From assembly GCA_965208675.1 (NCBI GenBank), contig OZ242351.1, forward strand, positions 4,224,001-4,288,000: a DNA stretch of 64,000 nucleotides. Reading direction: 5' to 3'. This document shows positions 1-11,000 of this stretch, piece by piece. The stretch comes from Candidatus Poribacteria bacterium. Its GTDB lineage: Bacteria > Poribacteria > WGA-4E > PCPOR2b. Both the position numbers and the translations under genes were made by a program. Within the stretch, counting starts at the first letter, position 1; each line of letters starts with the position of its first letter. The notes beneath the pieces were generated by a model. That model was not told the origin of the DNA, made no database searches, and was given only the letters and a program-made list of their open reading frames with translations.

Positions 1-2203
1 ATTGATTGTCGCCCGACACTTTGAGCAACTTTATGGCGTTGCCCGGTGTGTTGGGCACTGCGGCATGTAACTCTACTACTGCCACGCTGATGGTCTGAGT
101 GGCGGTAGAGCCGTGTGTATCGGTTGCCGTCACAGTGATAGTTGCGCTCCCTTCTGCAACCGCGGTGATTGTCACCGTGTTCCCTGACAAACTGACTGAC
201 ACGGCGCCGTTGCCACCGGCGGCGGAATAGCTCAGCGCGTCTCCGTCCGGATCGCTAAAACTGGCTGAAACTTGCTGGGTGTCACCCGCAGGCAGCAGAA
301 TGGGGTCAATAGACCCCACAGCTTGGGGTGCACGGTTGTTGACGATGGTGCGCCGCGCGTTGGGAATCGGTGACACTATACTGGGCGGGGATTCTACCGT
401 CACGTCAATGGTCTGAGTAGCGGTTGCGCCGTGTGTATCGGTTGCTGTCACAGTGATGGTTGCGCTCCCAGTTGCGACCGCCGTGATTGTCACCGTATTT
501 CCTGAAATTCCCGCTGACGCGGAGCTGTTGCCGCCCGAGACGGAATAGCTCAACGTATCGCCGTCCGGGTCGTTGAATCCGGCGGAGACTTGCTGAGTGT
601 CTCCCACAGTCAGCACGATGGGGTCAACAGTTCCCACTGCTTGGGGTGAACGGTTCGGGTCGTCGCCGTTCTCTGGCGGGTCGCTGGACGGCGCGCTAAC
701 AGTAACGTTAAAGGTCATGCTCCCGGTCCCTTCCCCATCGTTACCCGTCACCGTTACAGCGGAAGTCCCTTCAGCCACCGGCGTGAGCGTGAGCGTTGAA
801 CCTGAAACGCTGGCGGTAACAGAAGCTGAATTTGAGGAACTTGCTGAAAAGCTAATCGTATCACCATCGGGGTCGCTGAAGCTGCTTGCCAGATCAACGG
901 TTCGTGTGCTGTCCCCCTCGGTAAGCGTCATGTCGGAAATCCATCCTTCGGGCACGCTGTTGAGCACCTTAGCAGTGAACGACACCGTCGTACCTGTTGT
1001 CCCATCATTCGCCGTCACTGTTATGGTAGAAGTGCCTTTAGCGCCAGCCTTCGAAATCGTAAGCGTTGAACCTGAAACGCTGACAGTCACATGACTCGTA
1101 TCCGAGGAGGATGCCGAGAACCTGAGCGTATCCCCATCGGAGTCGGTGAAACGGTGCGCCAAATTGATGGTTCGCGTGCTGGCGTGCTTGGAGAGCGTTA
1201 CATCCGGTACATATCCTCTGGGCGCGTTATTGACCACCGTAGCCGTGAAGTGCGGCGGTATCCAGCCCACTCGCCCATCGTCAGCCGTTACGCTGATGGT
1301 AGCTGAGCCAACAGCCACCGGAGTAAGGGTTAAGGTAGAACCGGACACGCTCGCAGTAACAACTTTTGTATTTGAGGAGCCTGCTGAAAAGGTAAGCGGA
1401 TCCCCATCGGGGTCGCTGAAACTGCTTGACAAATTAATGGTCTTTGCGCCGCCCCCTGCGGTAAGCGTAACATTGGAAAGCGATCCCTGCGGCCGGCTAT
1501 TGACTATCGAAGCCAAGAATGACACGGTTGTGGTCGTTGTCCCATCGTTAGCCGTTACCGATATATCGGAAGCGCCCCTAGCCACCGGAGTAATCGTCAG
1601 CGTTGAACTTGAAACACTCGCAGTCGCATACATCGTATGAGAGGAACTTGCCGTGAAGCTGAGCGTATCCCCGTCGGCGTCGCTGAAACTGCTTGACAAA
1701 TCAACCGTCTGTGCGCCGCCCGCTACGGTAAGCGTAACGTTGGAAAGCGATCCCGTCGGTGCCGTATTCAACACCGTCACCGAGAAGGCAACCCTCGCCC
1801 ACCGGCCTGAGGGATCCGTCGCTGTAATGGTTATCGTCGTCTTCCCCGGTGCCACAGGCGTGATTTTGAATACACGTACGCGTGTCGGCGGCCCGCCCCC
1901 TGGGGGAAACACTAATTTGAGGCCCAGCCCGATCGTTGCAACAGATGTTTTGCTGGATTCAAGTGAATACGAGAGCGTATCTCCGTCCGGGTCGCTGAAA
2001 ATGCTTGATGGGTCCTTCGTGACTGCGCCACCACTTTTGGTTATGCTCATAGCTTGAACGGGACGCACTGAAGGGCCTGTATTAGCCAACGAATCCGCTA
2101 CCGGTGCGGCGAAGAAAACCATCAGATAGAAAAAGCAATACAGCTTTAGCAAAGATTGTGTTCGGGGCATGTTTGCCCCAACTCTTGGTACAACAACGTT
2201 CAT
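1..2203 (-). CDS. Large secreted adhesin-like protein with tandem cadherin/Ig-like repeats; runs off the window start
   Basis: Not in the ORF track because it is truncated. Minus frame from ATG 2203 (RBS AAGGAAGG; alternative ATG 2170) reads MNVVVPRVGANMPRTQSLLKLYCFFYLMVFFAAPVADSLA.. (signal-like). Seven F[STN]D[PAS]DGD motifs follow at ~270-310 bp spacing, then an Ig-like 'LLKVSGDNQ' start. The frame was spot-checked for stops, not translated in full. The + strand ORFs 597-2057 are its antisense shadows. Confidence 0.85.
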   Translation of the reverse strand, partial: MNVVVPRVGANMPRTQSLLKLYCFFYLMVFFAAPVADSLANTGPSVRPVQAMSITKSGGAVTKDPSSIFSDPDGDTLSYSLESSKTSVATIGLGLKLVFPPGGGPPTRVRVFKITPVAPGKTTITITATDPSGRWARVAFSVTVLNTAPTGSLSNVTLTVAGGAQTVDLSSSFSDADGDTLSFTASSSHTMYATASVSSSTLTITPVARGASDISVTANDGTTTTTVSFLASIVNSRPQGSLSNVTLTAGGGAKTINLSSSFSDPDGDPLTFSAGSSNTKVVTASVSGSTLTLTPVAVGSATISVTADDGRVGWIPPHFTATVVNNAPRGYVPDVTLSKHASTRTINLAHRFTDSDGDTLRFSASSSDTSHVTVSVSGSTLTISKAGAKGTSTITVTANDGTTGTTVSFTAKVLNSVPEGWISDMTLTEGDSTRTVDLASSFSDPDGDTISFSASSSNSASVTASVSGSTLTLTPVAEGTSAVTVTGNDGEGTGSMTFNVTVSAPSSDPPENGDDPNRSPQAVGTVDPIVLTVGDTQQVSAGFNDPDGDTLSYSVSGGNSSASAGISGNTVTITAVATGSATITVTATDTHGATATQTIDVTVESPPSIVSPIPNARRTIVNNRAPQAVGSIDPILLPAGDTQQVSASFSDPDGDALSYSAAGGNGAVSVSLSGNTVTITAVAEGSATITVTATDTHGSTATQTISVAVVELHAAVPNTPGNAIKLLKVSGDNQ

Positions 2204-2304
2204 ATTCGAGTGCCCTTCCTTTAATCGTTGAGGTGAAATTCCTAATTCGAATCACTACGTGAATTTCAATTGAAGTAAATTATGAATCCGTTATGTAGAG
2301 ACCT

Positions 2305-2320
2305 TGCACAATCTGTGCCA
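2305..2320 (-). promoter_or_regulatory. Sigma-54 (-24/-12) promoter of the adhesin gene
   Basis: Minus strand TGGCACAGATTGTGCA = GG-N10-GC, about 100 bp upstream of the ATG. Confidence 0.75.
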
Positions 2321-2623
2321 ATACGTCTGATCTCGCCACACACATGGCATCCGTGAGTATCTAGGGAAACAGCTGATGTCCAATGTTCAGCGGTCAAAAG
2401 GAAGTTCCACGGCAGATGAGGTGAGGGTAAGACTGGTGAAGTATGCAAATGCTATCGCGGCGGGATATTAGTCGTACACTTGAGTGTGGACTGCTACAGG
2501 AGTATTATCTTGATTTTATGAATGCGGTATACTGCTATCCTTGAAGGACAAACGAAACAGACAGAGTTTTCAAGGAAAGTCTCGGCTTCACGGCAGACAA
2601 TTCTATTCAATCAGATGTGAAAA

Positions 2624-3089
2624 TTTTTTCGGGCATGAGATTCGAAATGTGAGTTTAACGGTTTGGGGCGTATGTTCGGATTGTTGCAAAATGCAACAGT
2701 TTTGATGGGATGGGAGGCAGGAAAACCGGTAGTAATAAGGGTTTATGGAGGTTTCGTTGCAACATGCAACAGCGAGGCATTTCGCAACATCAAAAATAAC
2801 AGGACGACGTATCGAAGCGCTATATCGGACGAATATCGGTAGTATTCTTGTATGTAGGTTGCTTAAAGAGTACTATTTTGATTTGATCAATCCGATGCAA
2901 CAGGAATATTTTTTTCGGGCATGAGATGAGAAATGCGGGCGAGACGTTTTGGGGTGTTTGTTCGGATTGTTGCAAAATACAACAGTTTTGACGGGATGGG
3001 CGGCAGGAAAATCGGTGGTAATAAGGGTTTATGTAGTTTTCGTTGCAACATGCAACAGCGAGGCATTTTGCAACATCAAAAATAACAGG
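2624..3089. repeat. Direct duplication of a ~180-bp block (2624-2803 and 2910-3089) carrying GTTGCA-N3-TGCAAC palindromes; candidate enhancer (UAS)
   Basis: The two copies align along their length. Each contains TGTTGCAAAAT[G/A]CAACA, GTTGCAACATGCAAC and a third partial GCATTT[C/T]GCAACA site. Confidence 0.85.
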
Positions 3090-3394
3090 GAGATAGGACC
3101 AGTGCAATTGGGTGAAATAGTCTGCCTAACCGAAGCAGATTAAAATCATTTGGGTTCATATTTTAACTCGGAGTGATTGACCAATTGATAATCGAGGCTA
3201 GGAAGGCTCTCCCACCCGCCAATAAGTAAATGAATGATTTATGGTTGCAATGGCTAAAACAGCCGTGAAAGAGGAAAATTCGATGAGTTGATAGTTGTCA
3301 GTCTCGCTTTACAAGACTGGGAGGAAATGCCTATCCTAGCAAGGGGCAAACAAAATTGCTGCGGAAAATCGTCATTCCTGCGTTTATTGAGGAT

Positions 3395-5377
3395 CTAGTC
3401 CCATTCATCCGCGCCGGGTTGGTTATATTTGTTTAATTTCCGATGAAACGTGGTGCGATCAATGCCCAGGGCTTCCGCGGCTTTGGTAACATTGTTGCCC
3501 ATAACCTTGAGCGCGTGGATGATGGCTCGCCGTTCTACGGCATCAAGCGGAACAATAACATTTGAAACAGACGCCGTTGAATCGATAGCTTCCGCTGATC
3601 GAACGCTCGGAATCTGTAGAGATAAGCTGTCGGGTTGCAGGAATTCAGTTGTTTCAAACAAAACGGCTCGCTCAATGACATTCTCCAGTTCGCGTACGTT
3701 GCCGGGAAAATCATACTGTACCAAGAGTTGCAGCGCTTCTGGAGAGATCGCGCGAATAGACTTACCGCTGTCCTCGACGTATTTTTTTAGAAAGTAATTT
3801 GCTAAGACAGGGATATCCTCAAGACGCTCTCTAAGCGGCGGGATGCGAATGGGAAAAGCGGCAATGCGGAAATATAAATCCTCCCGGAATCCACCCGCCT
3901 TGACGGCTGCCTCTAAATCACGGTTGGTCGCCGTCAACACTCGGATGTCAGTCACAATATTCGTGGCGCCGCCGACGCGTTGAAAGTGTCGTTCTTGCAA
4001 AACGCGCAACAGCTTTGCTTGAAGGCTAAGTTGCATCTCGCCGATTTCATCGAGAAAGATGGTGCCTTTGTCGGCTTGCTCAAATTTCCCGATTCGTCTA
4101 GCAGACGCCCCGGTAAAAGCCCCGCGCTCATGACCGAACAGCTCGCTTTCGATCAGCGATTCAGGAATAGCCGTGCAGTTGATGGTAATAAACGGCCCGG
4201 CTTTACGCTGGCTGTTATAGTGAATGGACCTCGCCACGAGTTCCTTTCCCGTACCACTCTCGCCGTGAATAAGGACAGTGATATTGCCTTCGGTAGCGCG
4301 CTGAATAAGCGAGTATAATTCCCGCATTGCTTTGCTTTTGCCTACGATTTCATCGTAGGAGTAGGTGGTCTCAAGTGCTGTCCTCAAACGCACAACCTCC
4401 GCTTTCATCCGTTGGATTTCCGCCTCCTTGGAAATGTTGCGGTAACTGAACACGGTACCGCCTCCATCGCTCCCGGTGTTCTTGATAGGCATTGCCATAC
4501 GATAAAAGAGTCTTTGCGTTGAGTTGTCCTTGCCATCAATTTCTTCCATAATGCTTTCCACATTTTCTAGCTGTGTGATTCGATCTTCATCGGGGACCTC
4601 GAACGCTTGCAGCCGCGCTGCAATGCGCGCCTCAAGGTCAGCAGGCGACATCTGGTCAAGTTGACTCTTGGTCAAGTCGAACAACTGGCAATACCCATGA
4701 TTGGCAAATAGTAGATTACCATTGTCATCAAACATTCCAATAACGTCTCCTGTGGCATCAATCACGGTTTCCAGCCTTCGATGGCTAGTTGCAAGTTGCC
4801 TGCGGTTTTCTATCAATTCCTGTTCAATGTTCCACTTCTGAACCAGAGACATAGTGATTTGCTGCACTTCTTCCCGCGCGAAAGGTTTCCTGATATAAAG
4901 CAGCTTGTGAAGCAATTCCATATCCCGCACTATTTCAGGCAGCGGCTTGTCCGTGTAGGCGGTCATGATCACTATTTCAATGTTTTTATCAATTTTTCTG
5001 ATTCGGCGGATAGTTTCAATTCCATCTATTCCCGGCGGCATCCTGATATCCACGTAGGCAACAGCTATGGGCTCGTCAGAGTCCTTCCCGGACCCTACCA
5101 TGGCGTAAGCTTGTTCACCGCTAGAAGCGTGGAACAGGTCGAGATCCGGTAAAAATGTGTCATCGGCTTCCTCAAGAAACGCTTCCGCAAGATCATCAGT
5201 CGAGGTTTCTGAAGATGGACCGGAGAACAACATATCATCGAAGTCGTCGTGAATGTTTTCTTGATCGTCAACAATCAGGACGCGGTTATTCCATTCTGGG
5301 TTTTGATTTCTCGGGTTCACTTTTCTTCCTCCAATATAAACTTCTGCTTTGCGAAAAGAGCTAGATTTAAGAGTCAT
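3395..5377 (-). CDS. Sigma-54-dependent response regulator (REC-PAS-AAA+-Fis HTH)
   Basis: REC 'VLIVDD..YVDIRMPPG..RKPF', PAS-like segment, Walker A GESGTGKE, ESELFGHERGAFTGA, FLDEIGE, PGNVRELEN, C-terminal HTH 'AAEALGIDRTTFHRKL'. Confidence 0.95.
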   Translation of the reverse strand: MTLKSSSFRKAEVYIGGRKVNPRNQNPEWNNRVLIVDDQENIHDDFDDMLFSGPSSETSTDDLAEAFLEEADDTFLPDLDLFHASSGEQAYAMVGSGKDSDEPIAVAYVDIRMPPGIDGIETIRRIRKIDKNIEIVIMTAYTDKPLPEIVRDMELLHKLLYIRKPFAREEVQQITMSLVQKWNIEQELIENRRQLATSHRRLETVIDATGDVIGMFDDNGNLLFANHGYCQLFDLTKSQLDQMSPADLEARIAARLQAFEVPDEDRITQLENVESIMEEIDGKDNSTQRLFYRMAMPIKNTGSDGGGTVFSYRNISKEAEIQRMKAEVVRLRTALETTYSYDEIVGKSKAMRELYSLIQRATEGNITVLIHGESGTGKELVARSIHYNSQRKAGPFITINCTAIPESLIESELFGHERGAFTGASARRIGKFEQADKGTIFLDEIGEMQLSLQAKLLRVLQERHFQRVGGATNIVTDIRVLTATNRDLEAAVKAGGFREDLYFRIAAFPIRIPPLRERLEDIPVLANYFLKKYVEDSGKSIRAISPEALQLLVQYDFPGNVRELENVIERAVLFETTEFLQPDSLSLQIPSVRSAEAIDSTASVSNVIVPLDAVERRAIIHALKVMGNNVTKAAEALGIDRTTFHRKLNKYNQPGADEWD

Positions 5378-5437
5378 GTTCGGTAGTGCCCTATGCCTTC
5401 AACGACCGACGCCGCGTATCGTGATTCGGAATTTTTT

Positions 5438-7897
5438 CTACGGTGTAACAGAGACCAACCGGAGCATGATCCGCATGGTTGTGCCTTTGCCAATCCCCTC
5501 ACTCAACGCGTGGATTTTGCCGCCGCAGCCAATAACAAAATTCGCTGTTGAATGCAAACCCAGTCCGCTTCCGGAATTTTTGGTGGTGTAACCGGCGGCG
5601 AAGACTTTCTTGTAGTTTTCCGGTTCTAACCCGATTCCGTTGTCCGTTACGTCAATGAAAAGAAATCCGTCCTTAACATACCCATTAATCTCTATGCTAG
5701 GGGTTTCATTTTGTCCACCGGTTTGCGTGAGTTCGTCAATGGCTTCAATGGAATTTTTGATTAGGTTGACTATCATTTGATGGAATTGGTTCTCCTGGAT
5801 TCGTACCTCCATGGGCGCATTTGAACAATCAATCCTAATCTGAATTCCTCTTTGGTCAATTGAATCTTGGAGCAGTTTGGCAGCATCCGCCACAGCCTTC
5901 TGAAGAGTGACATCCTTGCGAACCACACTTGCATTGCTATACGATTTCTGCGTCCGGATAATTTCGGCGATGTGCGTTGACCTGCCTTTAACGCGCTCCA
6001 CAGTGCGAATCAACTTCTCATTCTGATTGGAGAAATCTTCGGCGAGCCCAAGCACAAACGGTAGCACCTTTTTTCCCTGCGGATCGTTTTTGATGTAGTC
6101 AATCCAGTCCGTTTGATGCATCTTAATAGCATTCGCCAAGGCATTAAAGCGTTGGATAAGCTTATCTTCAACTAGCTCATCATAAAGGGTACCTATGCCT
6201 ACCATAACGCTGTTGATTGCGTTCCCTATATTGTGGAGGATAGTATCAACAATCTCCAACCGCCCTTGGGCAAATGCTTGTGCCAAGGCTTCCTCTTCAA
6301 GCATTCGTTGGGTGACATCGCGAAAAACGACGACACCGCCGTTCTCAATACCCCATTGATTGCGGATAGGCCTCCCACTTGCACTAATAAAGACGCCCTC
6401 CGGAAAAATCTCACTGTTGGAAACAAACATATTGACTTCGTCGGTTTCCTCGCCTTGGATTGCAAGTCTCAGCGGTAGTTGATCTAGTGGATACGGCGTG
6501 ACTCGGTCGGGAAAATAGAAATCCTGCCCGGCAATCAACGCATCAAGCGTCCACATCTCGGGCGGCTGATCCCAAAATTTGCGCCTAAGAATTCGATCGG
6601 CGCCAGGATTAAAGATTTTTATCTCAGCGTTTTCATTGCCGACTATAACGCCGTCACTGATGCTTTCAAAGATGGACTCCATGAACTGCGTCTGGTTGGT
6701 TAAGCTGTCGATTGTCTGTTCTAACTGGATCTCCGTCTCCTTGAGTTTTGTGACGTCTCGGAAGATGATAACGCCGCCGCGCACGCCGCCTTCCTTTTCA
6801 AGCAAAGGTCTTCCACTGACGTTGATATAAATTCCCTCCGGTTTCATCGCGTTTCTTTGAAATAAATCGACGCTATCTGTTTCCTTGCCTTGCATCGCGT
6901 GTACAAGCGGAAGTTCGTTTGACGGATAGGGAGTAACTTTATCGGGGTAAAAAGTACCGTACGTATCGGACCATTCGCCGGGTTGGGTGTCGGTTTCTCC
7001 CATACCGACAATCCGTTCCGCGCTTGGATTAACAAGCAGGAAATTGCCCACTTCGTCGGTAGCGACAACTCCGTCACTCATACTGTCAAGTACGGTTTCC
7101 ATCAGTTGGGTTTGTTTTTGGAGTTCATCAATGGTCTGATCCAGTTTGCGCTCGGCGGTTTTGAGTTTTGAAATATCGTGGAAGACCATCACGGCGCCGT
7201 AGTTATTTGCATGTGCGTCAACAATAGGTGCTACCGTAAAGTCAACGCGAGTTTCCTTGCCATCTGCATGTATGAGCATCGTATCAAAGTTGGTGTAGTT
7301 GTCTACGCTGCCGTCTTCTGGGGAAGCCAAGTCGGCATTGGTTTTGAATACTTGCGCCAGCGACCTGTCCTTCGCTTCCTCCTGGTTCCACCCGGTCAAA
7401 CGCTCGGCGACTGAATTCATGTAGGTAACCAACCCGTTTTTGTTGGTGGCGATCACGCCTTCACCGATACTGTTTAGAATGGTCGTGCGCCGGCGTTCTT
7501 TCTCAACGAATTTCTTATCTTCCTCATACCAGAATAGATGGTTCTCAATGCTAAGAATTAATTGGTTAGTGTCATAAGGCTTGAAAACATGACCAAATGC
7601 TCGCGTTACCTTGACGCGCTGAAGTAGCGCCTCGTTTACATAACCGGTAAGATAAATGATTGGAATGTCCAAGCGCTCATATACCTTTTTGGCAATATCT
7701 ATGCCATTCATGGTTTCTTGAGGCCCCACATTAATTAAGGCTAAATCGGGGGTAATCTCCATCGCAGTTTCAACGACTTGTGAGTCGGCTGGAATAGCAG
7801 CGCAGACATTATATCCTACATCAGTTAGCCGTTCCGCGATATCGTCGGCGAGGTCGGGATCGTCCTCAACAATAAGAATCTTCGTTTTCTCCGGCAC
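5438..7897 (-). CDS. Cytoplasmic histidine kinase: pseudo-REC + 3 PAS + HisKA/HATPase
   Basis: N-terminal REC-like domain with N at the phospho-Asp position (LALINVG); three 'S[IM][SG][DE]GV' PAS starts; H-box LHNIGN; NLIKNS, DNGIG, GSGLGL boxes; no TM segments. Confidence 0.92.
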   Translation of the reverse strand: MPEKTKILIVEDDPDLADDIAERLTDVGYNVCAAIPADSQVVETAMEITPDLALINVGPQETMNGIDIAKKVYERLDIPIIYLTGYVNEALLQRVKVTRAFGHVFKPYDTNQLILSIENHLFWYEEDKKFVEKERRRTTILNSIGEGVIATNKNGLVTYMNSVAERLTGWNQEEAKDRSLAQVFKTNADLASPEDGSVDNYTNFDTMLIHADGKETRVDFTVAPIVDAHANNYGAVMVFHDISKLKTAERKLDQTIDELQKQTQLMETVLDSMSDGVVATDEVGNFLLVNPSAERIVGMGETDTQPGEWSDTYGTFYPDKVTPYPSNELPLVHAMQGKETDSVDLFQRNAMKPEGIYINVSGRPLLEKEGGVRGGVIIFRDVTKLKETEIQLEQTIDSLTNQTQFMESIFESISDGVIVGNENAEIKIFNPGADRILRRKFWDQPPEMWTLDALIAGQDFYFPDRVTPYPLDQLPLRLAIQGEETDEVNMFVSNSEIFPEGVFISASGRPIRNQWGIENGGVVVFRDVTQRMLEEEALAQAFAQGRLEIVDTILHNIGNAINSVMVGIGTLYDELVEDKLIQRFNALANAIKMHQTDWIDYIKNDPQGKKVLPFVLGLAEDFSNQNEKLIRTVERVKGRSTHIAEIIRTQKSYSNASVVRKDVTLQKAVADAAKLLQDSIDQRGIQIRIDCSNAPMEVRIQENQFHQMIVNLIKNSIEAIDELTQTGGQNETPSIEINGYVKDGFLFIDVTDNGIGLEPENYKKVFAAGYTTKNSGSGLGLHSTANFVIGCGGKIHALSEGIGKGTTMRIMLRLVSVTP

Positions 7898-8061
7898 AGT
7901 GGTCTCTCCTTATTTGTCGGTAGATTCGAAAGACCTACCTTGAATTCAAGCCCCAAGTGGACCATTCGCTTTCGAGTACATCCGGGTAATTTACTCCCAT
8001 CATTGCGTGCCAAGCTTGTGAATCACTCTACAATGCCGCTATGGCGGTAAAATTCTCGCGT

Positions 8062-11000
8062 CTACGGGGTGATTGAATCGAGTCGAAGCATAATCCGCAT
8101 TGTTGCGCCCTTACCGATTCCCTCACTTAACGGGTAGATTTTCCCGCCGGAACCGACAACAAAGTTCGCGGTCGAATGAAGCCCTAGCCCGCTTCCTGAC
8201 GCCTTGGTCGTGTAACCCGCCGCAAAAATCGTTTTATATTTAGAATTTTCAATGCCGATGCCGTTATCAGTCACATCAATGCAGAGATGATTTTCCTTTA
8301 AGTAGGCGTTTACCACGATGCGCGGCGGCTGCCCGATGCCGTCGGAATTCGCGAGTTCATCAATAGCTTCAACAGAATTCTTGATTAGATTAACTATCAT
8401 TTGATGAAATTGGCTTTCTTGAATTCGAATTTCTTTAGGTGCTTTCTGGCAGTCTATATGGAGTTGAATCCCTCTTTTATCAATTGAGTCTTGTAGTAAC
8501 TTAACCCCATCATTGATAATTTTCTTTAGGTCAACGTCCTTGCGGACGGCGCTAGTGTCGCTAAACGATTTTTGTGTTCGCACAATATCGACAATGTGCG
8601 TTGCCCTGTTACTAACCCGCTCAACGGTATGTATCAGGTCTTGATTCTGTTTGGTGAAATCTTCAGCGAGCGCTAACACAAAGGGCAACACCTTCTGTCC
8701 TTGTGGATTATGTTTGATGTAATCAATCCAATCATCTTGATGCGTCCTAATAGCGTCTGCAAGGGCATTGAGACGGTGAATCAGCCGGTTGTCGGTTAAC
8801 CGATTGTTCAATGTACCAATGCCGGTCGCGACACTGTTGACGGCGTTACCGATATTGTGGAGAATAGTATCCACAATTTCCAGACGGCCTTGCGAAAAGG
8901 CTTGTGCCAACGCTTCCTCGGCGAAGATTTTATCCGACACATCTCGGAAAACGACCACGCCTCCTTTACGATCTCCGTTCCGATCACGCAAGGGTCTTCC
9001 GCTGACACTGATATAAAGACCGTCTGGCAACTTAGGGTTACGCACGAACATCTCAACACTGTCTGTCTCTTCGCCGCGTATGGCTTTAACCAGCGGAAGT
9101 TCATCAGGTGGAAACGGCGTCTCTCTGTCGGGAAAGAAGAGACCGTATTGGTCCGACCATTCATCGGGATCTGTGTTTGTTGCCCCTTGACCGACTATTC
9201 GTTCAGCGCTTGGGTTAAATATGGTGAAGTGACCATTTTCATCCGCTACGACGACACCATCGCTGATACTATCAAATATGGACTGCATGAGTTGGCTTTG
9301 GTGCTCAAGTTTGTCAATTGAGTCTTTGAGTTGCTGCTCTGTTTGCTTGATTGCCGTGATGTCGCGACCAACTGCAACCCCGCCTTCTATGGCGCCCGAC
9401 TCGTTGAGGAGTGGGCTAGCACTGATACTTACATAGAGGCCATCCGGCAACGTTGAGTTTTGCACTACCGTTTCAATGTTAGTTACCTTCTCACCCTGCA
9501 GCGCACGGACGAGCGGAAGTTGTTCGACAGGAAAAGGACTTTTGTTTTCGGGCTGGAACAGTCCGAAATTCTCCTGTGCTTGGCTCAGGTATGTTTGCTC
9601 CAAGTTGGGACCGACCGTTTGTTCCACCGCACTATTGTGCATTACGATTTTCCCTTCAGAATCGGCTACGATAATGCCATCACTGATGCTATTAAAGATG
9701 GTATTCAGCAAGCGGCTCTGACTTTGCAATTCCTCAACTGTTTTCGCCAATCGATTTTCTACCGATTTCAACTTGGTGACATCCCGCAACACAGTAACGC
9801 CTCCGTTCAGGACGCCATTTTCATCAAGCAGAGGGCGGCCGGTGACCCGAAAATGAACTCCTTCCGGCCGTTTCGAATTCCGCAAGAAAAGATCTACATC
9901 GTTTGTGTCTTTCCCTTGCATAGCTAGAACGAGGGGCAGTTCGTTTGATGGATACGGTGTCACTTTATCCGGATAGAATACGCCGTATACCTCGCTCCAT
10001 TGCTCGGGTGTTGCCCCAGTAGCGCCCATACCGGCGATTTGCTCTGCCTTAGGATTAACAAATAAAAATTTCCCCTTTTTGTCGGTTACAACGATGCCTT
10101 CGCTAAGGCTGTTGAACACGGTGTCCATGAGTTGCGCCTGCTGCTGATACTTCTGCATCATTTGTTCTAACTTAGTCATCGCCAATTTGTCCGCTGTAAT
10201 GTCACGAATGACTGCGATTGCGCCCGTTACTTCGCTGCTGTCATGACTGTGCAGCGTGTAAGCCTTGGCGCGGAGGTAGGTTTTGCCCTGCTTTTTGTCA
10301 TTCTGCAGAATGAACTCCATCTCCTCTGTTTCTTCGCCGTTGAGGGCTCTGACGAGAAGGTTTTCCTGAGTGGGAACTTGGGTCTCTTCGTCAATATGAA
10401 ACAACCCGTATTTTTCAGCCCACTCTTCGGGCGGTGCGTCCTCCACTTTCACGCCGCTCATTCGTTGCAAACTGGGATTGGCGAGCAATATTCTGGCAGA
10501 GGCATCCATCACCACTACACCATCGCTGATACTATCAAAGGCGATTTGCATAAGTCGAGTCTGCTGTTTGAGTTCGTGAATGGTAGATTCCAACCTGGCT
10601 TCAGTTGCCCTGAGTTGCGTTATATCATTGAAAACAACGACGCCGCCGCTTAAGTTTCCCCGTCCATCAAAAATGGGTCTGCCGGTGACGTTAAGAACAT
10701 AGGTCTTGTTTTCGCGCCGCACTTGCATCAAGGCGTTGTCTGTCGCCTCGCCGCGTAACGCGCGCACCAGCGGCAATTCATTCACGGTATACTTAGTTTT
10801 GCCGTCAAGATGGTACACATGATACATCTCTGACCATTCATTCAACTCTTCGAGCGCAGGAAAAGAACCAGTGACTTCCTCCGTCGGTGCATTATAGAGC
10901 AAGTTATTGCCGTCTAAATCCATTGCTATCACGCCGTCCGCTATTGTGCTAACGATGGTTACCATGATCTTGGTTTGATTTTCGAGTTTACTGATTGTTT

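Noticed and set aside
597-2057. Plus-strand ORFs of 134-165 aa rich in S/V/T
   Set aside because: Antisense shadows of the minus-strand repeat adhesin
7997-8012. TGGCACG upstream of the 3-PAS kinase as a sigma-54 promoter
   Set aside because: No GC at the -12 position (TGGCACGCAATGATGG)
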